Shown here piece by piece: positions 25,290 to 37,876 of a stretch of DNA of 64,000 nt; within the stretch, counting starts at the first letter, position 1; the number at the start of each line of letters is the position of its first letter. The notes under the pieces were generated by a model. That model had not been told where the DNA came from, searched no databases, and saw nothing but the letters and a program-made list of their open reading frames with translations. A program made the position numbers and the translations under genes. This DNA is from Octopus vulgaris (Eukaryota): NCBI GenBank assembly GCA_951406725.2, contig OX597823.1, positions 98,828,001 to 98,892,000 on the forward strand. The letters are read 5' to 3'.

Positions 25290-27817
25290 GTAACACATTT
25301 TTTTTCCTTTTTCTTTGTTTTTAATTTCCAGGCTTATAAGCATATCAGGTGTGTGTATCATAACAAAGGAATGTTGTAAATAATTGAAAGACAAAGCAAT
25401 GCTTCAGGTAAGACCTTTTTTTTCTTTTTGTGACATACTAATGTATTATTACTTTTGTTGTTGTTGTTGTTATTGTATGGAGATTAGTTTGCTTTATTTT
25501 TCGTTTTTTATTTTTATTTTTACTTAAAGTAGATGAAACAAATAGCTTTCTTATTGTTAAAAACTATGTACTTTTATGTGCATACTGAAAGCTAAAAGGG
25601 CACACATTTCACCAGCAATTTTGTGGGGTGGTGGGGTTGTTAAATAATGAATTTATTTAAAGTAATTTAAGAGAGGTCACTGTGAAGGCTGCTTTTGTTG
25701 TTTAGTCCCAGTTTAGCTGCTACTTCTAACATGAACAGCAACCACTTAATAGCTTGCTCGCTGGTTAAAAAAATGTTATTCTTTCACAAAATGAAAATAA
25801 ACTGCTTAATGCTTTTGATAGGCTAACAATTGCTAGAATTGTTCAAAATTAATCTGATCAAGGTTAAAAATATAACAAATTTATCTTTGTTCATAATATA
25901 AATTATGTCAAATCAAGTGTATCAAACAGTACTTTGGATTCTATTGTCTCACTTTTCCACTTTGACACTTAGAAAAAATGAAGGAAAAGTGTATGATTTT
26001 TAAATGTCATTTGATATTTAACATTTTTATTATTGTCCATTAAATAACCATTCATTACTGTAACTTATGTTGACTAATATATTTCTTTATTTTTATATAT
26101 GTTTCTTTATATTCATGTTGACTATTAGCAATTATTTCAGTCTTGACTAATGGCAACCATTAGAATTTTGCATATTTACAGCTATTACAAGTGAAGCCCA
26201 ATCTATAATACAATTAGAGATTTTTAATTAATGACCCCTCATAAACTCACAGTTGATACATCTCTTTTCTGCGGAGAGACAGGTAGTCACTCTCCCTTAT
26301 CTATTTTTTTCCTCTTTTTGTTTTGTGTCATTACACCATAAAACCAATAAGTATTGTTAGATTTAGATATAACAGGCTTCCAGAAGGATTTTGTCTACCA
26401 AGTTCCACACAGAAAGTATTTGTCAACCTGGGCTTACGGCAGAGTATGCTTATCCAAAGTATCCTGCAGACGGATTGACTTCAGATCCTCTTAGTTGCAA
26501 AGTGAGGTTCTTAACTACACAACTGTGCTTGGATGCTTGACCAGTTTCATGTACCAGTATGTTGATCGCCTTTGATTGTCATTTCTAGTGTCAGATTCTG
26601 CTTACGCAAAAGCAGAAACTCTTATGGAATCTATAACCTGTCTCTGTTTAGTGGAGTATTTTCAAATTTTCAAATCCACAACTTTTGCTTACTCTTGGTT
26701 TTTACTTAGAAGAGGAAAATCCAACACCTTATAAACATGGGATTATTTTGCCTTGCTACAAACTGTTCCCCAAGTTTTCTTTTTAATGCATTGAGTCAGT
26801 GAGACCGTTTAAGCTTATTCTCACCAAAGCAAAATTGTGTTATCTCCATTCATAACAAGTAGGAAATAGATACTTCAAGTTCTGTTGTGTTTGGGGAAAG
26901 TCATTTTCCTTTTGTGCCTTATAATATAACACACTCACTGGTAAAATTTCCACTTTTTTCTTATTTTTATTTTCCTAAAATTTTCGAAAATTTTAGAAAA
27001 ATAAAGAAGGAAACAAGTGAAAGTTTTACCGGTGAGTGTGTTATATTATAAGGCACAAAAAGAAAATGACTCTCCCCAGGCACCACAAAATATGCTTCAA
27101 CACACAAATTCATATAAAGAATCTTGCAAACCAAATCCAAAAGCGAAAGATACTTCATGCTTCTCATAATTTCCTCTTCTTTATTTGTTGTCAAAACATA
27201 TAAGGAGTCTCCACTGAACATGCCTCTCAATTATGAGTTATTTAGACAATCACTCAAAGAACAGAAATGTTTTCCTCAAGTAATAATATTATTGTCCCAT
27301 TGCACAGCACCTGGAGTAAGAGCTTCTAATATAGCCTCAGGCCAACCAAAGGTTTGTGAGTGAATTTAGTAGACAGAAACTGAAAGAAGCCTGTCTCACA
27401 CACACACACACACACACATGACAGGCTTCTTTCAGTTTCTGTCTACCAAATCCACTCTCAATTCTTTGGTTTACCCAAAGCTATAGTAGAAGGCACTTGT
27501 CCAACGTTCCACACATGCAGTTGGGGAGCAAGCTTCTTACCACACAGCTACACATGTGCCGATGTGTAAATGTGTGTGCGTACATATATATATATTAATA
27601 GTAATGCATACATATTTATATGTATGTATATATGTGTGTATATGTGTGCATGCATATAAATATGGTGTGGCTGTGAGGTAAGAAGCTTGCTTCCCAACGA
27701 CATGGTTCTGGGTTCAGTCCCACTGTGTGGCACCTTGGGCAAGTGTTTTCTAGTATAGTCTCAGGCTGATCAAAGCCCCATGAGTGGATTTGGTTGATGG
27801 ATACTGAAAGAAGTCCA

Positions 27818-27896
<79 letters not shown>

Positions 27897-30800
27897 CATG
27901 TGTGCCCTTTTCTTATCTTTCCTTGTGGAATATCTAATCTTCTAGTAACTACTACCCCTCCTGCATAGATCAATATTTTTAGTATCTATCTGACTAATAA
28001 CAGAATCTACTTTCCTAGTCATATCTAGCAACTTCCTTCTGTTGGTACCTTTTAATGTTGGCAATCTTCTTCTTACTTCTTTACTCATTACTTCCTGCAA
28101 CTTATCTAAAATCTTCTGATCTTCCTCACTTAAATCACTTAAATTGCTGGTGCAAGTTCTCCCTTCCTTATTGGTAGTGCTATTATTATTTTTTCCATTA
28201 GCTTCCTCTTTGGTTTGAGCTGTATCTCTTATGCTGTTGTTTGTTTTTCCTACTGCCTGGTCTTTCTTTTCCAATTCTCTTGTGATTTGTTCTACCCCCA
28301 ATGATGTCATCCACTTTCTTCTCCTAATAGCATTAGCTTGATCTACTAGTCTATTTTCAGTCACCTTAAACATACCTTTCTCTATCCAATGTGTTAGCAT
28401 CTGTTTTCTATAGTCCCTTCTTTTAGGTTCACTTTCTAAGTAGCACTGCATCACTCTCCTGTTTTCTTTGCTGGTCCACTTCCTCCTTCATACTCTATTA
28501 TCTGCTTAGGATAACAGCTGTGGTCAGTGTACATCTTTACTGAACCATTGCTAAGCAAGAGCCCTTCACTCTTAAAGATCCAACCTCATTTTCGTGGTTA
28601 CAACCAATCTCTACGTAAACTCCTGTCTCTCATAAACTGACGTAACATAACGTCCATCGCCATCATCATCACTACTATTATTTTTCGACATCTCATAGTT
28701 TCATGAAACTTTCTATTGCATCACTTGCTGCACAGTTGTGCTGGTGCTGTGTGTTTCATTTTCGTTTTTCTTTGGGAAATATTGGATTGCATCAGTATGT
28801 TTTGTTATGGGGTTTGGTTTGAGTCTCCTGTTGTATTAGTTTTTGCATTATGTTGTTTGAGCAGAGCAAATTGTGTTCTGTAAGGTATCAGAATTCTATG
28901 GCACATGTGGGCATTGTTCATCTTATTGGGTATTATCCCTGGAGATTACATCAGGGTAGGAGAGTGTGCGCCTCTGATATCGCGAGCAGATGGCTTCCAG
29001 AGGAGAAGAGTAGAAATTACTTCGTTTTCAGCTCTACAACAATGTCCAGCAAACTGGACTCTTCTACCTTTCACAAGATATGATACAGGTGGTAATTTCC
29101 CATATATTTGGACCTCTGTAATGCTATGATGGACCATGAGGTCTGGCGTAACATAGTAAATTCCATTGTCTCGATCACGATCGAACAATGATGAATGATG
29201 ATGATGATTGGGTATTCACTGTGTGAGTTGTGTAAATCATAAATCGATCATTTCATAGTATTCATGGTTATTTGTCCATCATTCTTTTTGTTTGTTTATT
29301 GGATTTGTTATGGGTCCATCTTTACTTTTTGCCAGAACACTGCCCATAGACATTTGTTGATGCTTCTTTCGTATTTATAATTATTATTGAGGTATAAGCG
29401 CAAAACCAAGAAGAAACAGCAATGTGTTGATATGGATAGATATGGATGCATTGTTTGTATAGATGTATTGCAGTCCTTTTGTTTTTCCTGTATCTTCACT
29501 TCTTGGTGTTTTCCAGGAGTTGTTTTGTTGTCAATTATTGATGTTGTTTTTATTGTCTTTTGTGTTGAAGGGTTTTTTTTCCCAGGTTTTGGTAGTGGTT
29601 GTTGTTGCTGGTCTTGTTTTTTGGCAGCAGTTGGACAATCATTTTTCCGATGTGTCTCACTGTTGCGCAAATAACACCATGGCCTCCTGCCCTCCACCAC
29701 TACATACAAATTGTGTCCTTATGCTAATTAAATATTTGTGGGTAATTTAGTGATCGATTCTTGATCGATTTGTAAGAGAATTTATAGCTTTTTACCCGTC
29801 GAGTTTTGCTGTTCAAGGACAGCAATTTCTAAAATATTAGCTTCCTCCATTTCGAAGCAGATGGCAAATAACAACCATTGCATCTCTACCTCTGGAGTCA
29901 CATTCTTTATTGTCACCTTCGTCACTCTTTGCCCAAGATAACTGGGTATCATTATCAACTGGTCTGTACGAAGAGTGAGTGTCGAAAATTGTTTTGCTAA
30001 TTTTTCGCTGTAGAAACGAACTTGAACAATGGCAAATTTATGCCACCAATTGATGTATTCTTTATGTGTCCATACAGGGCAAAGGCATTTTTCAATTTTT
30101 TCCTGTGCTGCGTTTTCGAGGTTATTTTTGTTTCTGTACTCAATATTTTGTCGATGATGGGTTTTTTTGTGTATGTTCTAATATGTTCTGAGGGATGTGT
30201 AAATGTAAATTTTCGCCTTCTTTGTGGAGTAGTGTTTTTGTTTCTTTGATCTGTTGTGCAGTGAAAGATACAATTGTTCTCTTTTGTTTAATTGCTTCGG
30301 TGAAATTTGTTTTGGTGGTGGTGGTGGTGGTGGTGGTGGTGGTGGTGGTAGTGTTGGTGGCAGAGGTGTCAGTTGTAGTAGTGGTGTTGTTGTTGGCGGT
30401 TATGGTGGCTGGCATAGTGACGATATCATTGTTGTTGGTGGTGGTAGCAGTGGTAGTCTTGGTGGTGGTGGTGGTGGTGTTGGTGACGACAGGGCTGTTA
30501 ACGATCGTAGCTGCAGCGTTCACTTCTACGTCACTCAGGTTTGCCTTTGATTTCTTAATATTTTTCATATCTGTACTTGCATGTGTGCACGTGCAGAAGT
30601 TTTTTTTTCTCCTAGCGTTTCAAGGCTAGGGAAATGCTGGTCCATGAACGAAGTTGACCAGTATCTTTTCCTTGTATATGATGATGAGGTGCACTTTGAA
30701 GGAGATTTGTCTGTATTTTTCATATATTTTCTTTCCTGTTTATGAGTGCCTATTCACTAAAAGATCAAGAAAAGTTGAGTGGAGTCATTCTACTTCACCA

Positions 30801-33800
30801 TTACAATACAATTTTGGATATATCAGTAATACAGTGATTGCTTTACTTATTTTTTTCATGAACTCTTTTACAAAGTTGTACTCATAAGCTCCATTTAATG
30901 TCGATATTAACTTAATAAAATAATTTTATTTTGCAAAGAAACTATAATTATTAACCAAAATATAATAGTGTGACTTATTTCTTCATGACAGGTGTGCTAT
31001 TCCAGGCTGGGAAAATGATACTTACAAAGTGCAGAGTGATACTCATGCTTGGTATATAAACCATTCCTTGCCCAGTGACAATAGAAAATGTAAGGTTTAT
31101 CAATTTAACTATTCAGATTTTAATGATTGGAATAGCTCTAAAGAAGTCAACTGTCATGCATGGGTCTATGACAAATCAAGCGTTCCATCAACAGCTGCTT
31201 CTGATGTAAGTATGACTTCTTTCTTTCGAAATCTTTCATAAAAATATTGAATAGTTTCATGCTGTTGTTCCCAGAAAAAGTTCAAAGGGTAGAATCACTA
31301 AAGGTGGAATTTGGTCTAACTTACTACATTCTGATTTCAAATCCTGTGAAAGACAACTATGTCGTTTCATTCTTCCAAGGTTTATAAAATAAAGTACCGA
31401 TCATGTACTGGGGGTGATTTCATCAACTAACTACTTCCTTGTCAATTTTCTGGCCTGGTACCCATGTTAAAATTTACCATTTTTTCTCTGGCAATAAAAT
31501 ATTTTTGTCAATAGAATAAACATCATATGATATTTTAAGAATTTAATGCAGTTATCATTGCTCTGTTGAAATCATGGATATTTAAGCTTGTGGCTTGGTT
31601 AGCTGGAAATTTGTTCAAGCTGTGTGTCATTTCCCACATAAAACCAACCATAATATTCAGTTTTAATGAATCATATCTATTTCCATATTGACATTACAAA
31701 GGTTACTTACCAAATGTTGTTATTCTGAATGCCAGTAGCTATTTTGTGAGAATGATTGTTTGGCGAGAGGAGAAAATGTAAGTCTCCATGCTTGGTGAAG
31801 TGTTCTTTTAACACAAGGTCGAAATGACTTGGCTGCTGGTACACCAAGATAGCCTGTACATGTCTCCTGGCTCATCTAACTCCTCTGCCTTGAATTTCTC
31901 ATGCATCTCAATTTATAACCATGATTTGGCATAAAACTACATGGAATTTTCCATTAGTTTTGCTACCACACAAATACACCAGAACAACAACTGGCTAAAA
32001 GATAGACCAAAATCACCTGATAGGTCATGTCCATCATTTGTTACTGGGTTGATGTAGTTTTGAATGCTAGCACCACTACAAGTTAATACAACATGACCAA
32101 ATAAGAACTCATACTGCATTGCACTCATTTCCAAGACATTTAATTTGCAAACAGCCCATTACACCTAGCAGTGAATAGGTACTGTAGGATAGGGCCGAAT
32201 TGCCACTGTAAACAAAGTTAAATAATATAACTGATAAGTGTCCTGTTAGCTTGCAGTGCTGGGTTCAATCCTCTTCTAATTCTGGAAAGAGTCAGGGAAA
32301 ATTGCTCTAACATTGTTTCTTTGAACCAGCACAAGAAAATTAGTGTTTTCTTGTTTCATGTAACTCGATGTAACATTATGGTCTCTTTTCAACTAAGACC
32401 TTAGGTTTACAGAACTAACCCTCTACAACCTTCTCCACTCTATAACAGAAAAAAGAGCAAAGTCAACACTGGAAGGAAATTATCTCAGAATTGTAACCCA
32501 TGAAGCTTCTCCTTAGTTTTTAATAAAAAATACATTTTAATTTTGTGTTTTCTTATTCTATTCTTGTTGTGGTGAAATCCTGACACCCCTGTGGGATAGC
32601 AAGTGAACTGTACTAAACCTTATAAAGGCACATGTGTACTGTCAGTGCGAGGCACAGTATGGTGTGTGCAGTCACATTTTTGAAGGCAGTTGTAGAAGTT
32701 GTTGAGAAGTTGTTGGTTCTGATTTAGCTTTTGTAGTGTCATAACACCGTTTCAGTGCAGTCTATATCCAAACTCAAGGATATGATAATTCTACTATTTC
32801 ATTCACTTATTTTCCACTTGGAGTGGTGATATCATAGTTTCTTAAGAACATCAAATAAAAGTCCTAAGTTTCCCTCTATCTTAAAAACACATTTCATGTT
32901 TAGGAATTACTATAGAAATATTTCATCTTAGATTTCCAGTCATATAATCTTCAGTCAGCTTAAAGTCAATGATAATTTAATAATTCAAGTTATGAGCATC
33001 AACAATTATTTCTTAATATTATTTATTACTCAACAAAATTAAGGCAGTGAATTAGCAGAATCATAAGAGTATTGAACACCATACCTTGCAATATTTTGTA
33101 ACACCATGAAGGTATATGGCCGAGTATTAAATGGTTAGAATGTTGGGCTCTTCATCGAAAGATTGTTGGTTTGATTCTTGGACTGGAAGGCACACTGTGT
33201 CCTTGAACAAGTCACTTTATTTTATGTTAATCCAGTCAGCTAAAACAAGTACCAGCCAAGTGCTGATGCATCTCTCTCTCCTTCCAAAATGTTCCACTGA
33301 ATCAAGAGTGGAAAGGCTAAAACTGTACCTATGTCTGCTTGTGACTCTATAGGTATCCTAAAAAAATTAGCAAAAGCCTGGTACATGCTACCAAGTCGAT
33401 TTCACTATTGAGTGAGTGATAGCTGCAGAATTCAGTTGCCTCACTCGATGTTTCCGCATACAAATTTTACCAAGATCAACTTTGATTTTCATCCTTCCAG
33501 GTTTCATAAAACGAAGCACCAATCAATTTATTTAACTAACCCCGTTACCCCTGACTTTTAACCTTATGCCTACCATAGAAACCATTATTACTAAACAAGA
33601 TTAAATGAAAACACCATGCTGGATGAGATGAAATATTTATGAACGTAGAATCATAATGCATTAAATCCAAAATTCCACCAGAAATAGCAATTTAAAAATT
33701 TTCAAGTGTGCTGCAGAGCCTGAAAAAATATTTAACCACAAAGCTCTTTCTTTTAATCCTAATTCACAACAAAATATTGATTCTTGGTTACCAATTTCGA

Positions 33801-35837
33801 AAGTTGCATTTTTCACTCCACTCTAGAATAGAAATTAGGCACAAAAGCTAGTTATCTCCCCATACTCAGAGCTGATACGCTAAACCATTTTTTACCTCTG
33901 TTTGTAATTATTGCAAAACCTCTCTGGTTTTTTTCCAATTCTGGATGTTATCAAATAAGCAAAAGTTTGCTTATATAGCTTCATAAAATTCCACCAAATT
34001 TGCTTTGTTGCAGCTAAACTTTGTCTGTCACAGAACCGTCTTTATCTCAACAATCAACATGCTTCTCATGGCAGGTGTCTTTGTCGGATCCTTGTTTTTT
34101 GGCACATTTTCTGATCAGTAAGTTCAAATTCAGATTATATTTCAATGTAAACTCATATGTGTATTTTTGTTCTCATCGTTTTTCTTTTTTCCTTGTTTCT
34201 ATTATTGTTGTTGGTTATTGCTATTTTTGCTTTTTATTGGTAACATTTTTTTATTATTCATTAACCTTTCAGCATCCAGGTTATTCTGGTCAAATGTACT
34301 ATACTATTTTACTATTTTACTTGTTTCAGTCATTTGACTGAGGCCATGCTAGAGCACTGCCTTTTAGTCGAGCAAATCGCCCCCAGAACTTATTCCTCGT
34401 AAGCCTAGTACTTATTCTATCGGTTTCTTTTACCGAACCGCTAAGTTATGGGGACGTAAACACACCAGCATCGGTTGTCAAGCGATGTTGGGGGGGAAAA
34501 CAGACACACAAACACACACACATATACATATATACGATGGGCTTCTTTCAGTTTCCATCTATCAAATCCACTCACAAGGCTTTGGTCGGCTCGAGGCTAT
34601 AGTAGAAGACACTTGCCCAAAGTGCCACGCAGTGGGACTGAACCCAGAACCATGTGGTTGGTAAGCAAGCTACTTACCACACAGCCACTCCTGCGCCTAT
34701 GTAATGCTTATTTATTCACACTGCTTTGAATTAAGCATGCATGTACTTCATAGTCTTGACATTTTGATGATGTGTCGTTAATTTTTAGAATGATATTGTA
34801 GGGTAATTGTGATATACTGGATCCGACCAGTTTGAATGTAAGACAGGTAGAACATTTTGGCCAGATATGGCCAGTTTAAAGGCAAAGGGGTTAAACACCT
34901 TTTAGAATGGCTAAAAAGTGGAGTGCTTGCTTTATAAACACATTGTGGCATTTATATCACTTTACATTCTGAGTTCAAATCCCACCACAATAACAAGAAA
35001 TCATTTTCCCAACAGCCGTAAAAAAAAAGTGGAAAAAAAGTTAATCCCTTCTTGTGAGGAGGATTCAATAAATTGTGCTCTTCAGACGCACTTTTTGTCA
35101 ATATTAGAAAGATAATTATTCATAGCTATGGATATAGTAAAGATTGCAGAAAACTTGATAGGATAGTTTCCGGTATCTTCAAGGTCCACTCAGTCTTAGC
35201 TTCTTGCTTGCTTACATGTCTTGATGTTGTTTGCATGCTACATAAAACCAAGGTCACTGTCCATTCAAATGATGTCATTGATTACAATTTGCTGTGAAAC
35301 CATGTCCAGCTTTTGATCTGTTTGATGTTTGAAAGACTGAAGAAAAAACTTCATTACCCATCTCGGAAACAGATGAAGGTCAACATCAGGAAGAGCATCC
35401 AGCTCTTACTGCTTCCAGTAAGTCTCATCAAACCCATGATAGCATGGAAAGCTGGATGTTAAAACAATGGGGATGATGATGGGGATGATGATGATGATGA
35501 TGATGATGAGGAGGAGGAGGAGGAGGAGGAGGACGACGACGACGACGATGACGATAATGATGTTAACAATGACAATGACGACAACAACAACAACGAATGC
35601 TTTGCATAGAGAAGACAGTCTCCTCCTCTCTCTCCTTCACTTAATCACCAATGTCAATGGTGAAGTGCTAAGGTTAATTCAATATGTAGTTGAATTAACC
35701 CCTTTATGGAAGTATGACTGAATGTGTTCCATAAACTTTGTGCTGTGCCTGTGTAAAGAATCCAAGGTAGATGGATAGCAGAAACAATAAAGTACTAAAC
35801 AAAATACCTTGCTTCATACCTTGAGTTTATAACTCAT

Positions 35838-35875
<38 letters not shown>

Positions 35876-36247
35876 TAATCTGAACAAGAAAGCACAAAAA
35901 AACACAACAACGCGAGGACGTGGAACAAATATAGTATTATTGGACGCTCAGGAAAGAAGCTCTTCGTCGGAAACATAGGAGAAGGAAAGATCCAGAGAAG
36001 GGAAGACAGAGGAAGAAAAAAATCGCCAACGGTCCGAAACACGGAGTAGTCGAAACAGGGGCAACTGAAGAAGGGGAATATTTCTTGTGTTGTATGTCTT
36101 GTACTCTGTTTTTTCGTTGTTTGAAAAAAGTCCATTTCCATGTTTCATGCCTTGCTTCATACCTTGAGTTTATAACTCATTACATATGTATGTGTGTGTG
36201 AATAGATTTAGTAGATGGAAACAGGAAAGAAGTCCGTTGCATAGGTA

Positions 36248-36282
<35 letters not shown>

Positions 36283-36864
36283 CAAACAGACAGACAGACA
36301 GACAGAGAGTGTATGTGTGTGCATGTGCGTATGCATGTGTCGGTGTTTGCGGTGTGTCTGTCTCTCACTGCCACTTGACAGCCATAACTTTGCAGTTTAG
36401 CAAAAGAAACCAATAGAACAAGGACCAGAGTTCAAAATAAGGACTGAGATCGATTTGTACCACTAAACCTTTCAATGTGGTGCCCAGCTGCAGTCTAATG
36501 ACTAAAGTATAAGCTAAAATATTTTTCTCCTCATCTTTTATGTAAAACACCACACAGATTGTTGACTACCCTTGTGAAGTACCCCTCATCTATGCCCCTG
36601 TGGCTAATAAAACAAATCCTTATCATTATTATCATTACTATTATTATTATTCAGGCTGGCAGAATCGTTAGCCTGTTGGATGAAATGCTCAGCAGTATTT
36701 TGCCCATCACTATGTTCTGAGTTCAAATTCTACCAGCTACTTTGTCTTTCATCCTTTCAGGGTTGATAAATTAAGTACCAGTGAAACGCTGGGGTCGATG
36801 TAATTGACTAATCCCCCTGCCCCAGATTTCATGCCTTGTGCCTTTAATAAGAAGGATAATTATG

Positions 36865-36903
<39 letters not shown>

Positions 36904-37787
36904 TTATCCTTTACTTCTCAGAACATTTGGTTTTGTTTGTCCTGGCAGATTCTGTGAGAGGAGACAGCAACCTATTGTCAGAGATCTCACAGGGTCTATT
37001 TCTGCACATTATACAGTTTGATACTTGGTTGTTAATTATTGTGGGAGACATTCAGCATCCAAGTACCAATCTCAAAATCCTAGCTGTCCCCAGCAGTGCA
37101 GCTTTTTGGGCTTGCTCTGCTTTCAAGTCCATTCTCATTTCTTTGACATATTTCTCAAGTTAGGTTGTTTGTGCTCTGAGTGCCCCTACAACTATTGGAA
37201 TGACAGACACTCTCTTCATAGTCCACATTCTTGCAATTTCATCTTTTCATAGTCTGTACTTTTCAATCTTTTCTACTTCTTTGTCACTTATGCATGCATC
37301 TCCAGGTATGCAATTTCTGTGGTATTGGTTTCCTTTTTTCCTTTATCTACCACAACAAAATCTGGTCTACAAGCCTCAATTAGGGAATTGCATTGGATTG
37401 TAAAATCCCACAGTATCTTATGCTCCTAGTTCTAAGTGACTCTTTCTGGTTCATGTTCATACAACTTCTGTGCTCTGTCCAGGCTGTACTTTTCACATAA
37501 CCTCCAGTGGACAAACTTAGCCACATTATCGTGCCTCCTTTTGTAGTGCTTCTGGGCCAGCTTTCTACACTCACTCATAATATGAGATTGTTTCGTTTCT
37601 ACTACCACATAACCTACAAAGGGGCAATTCACTACTCTTAACTATTTGAAACTTGGTATAATTAGTTCTCAGAGCTTGTTCCTGGGTGCTACCTCAGTGC
37701 ATCCTTTCAGATCACTTTTTCTTAGCCATCTCCAAGTATTGATCTTGTACCACCACCACCACCACCACCACCACCGCCGCCGCCACC

Positions 37788-37819
<32 letters not shown>

Positions 37820-37833
37820 TATCATCATCATCA

Positions 37834-37876
<43 letters not shown>

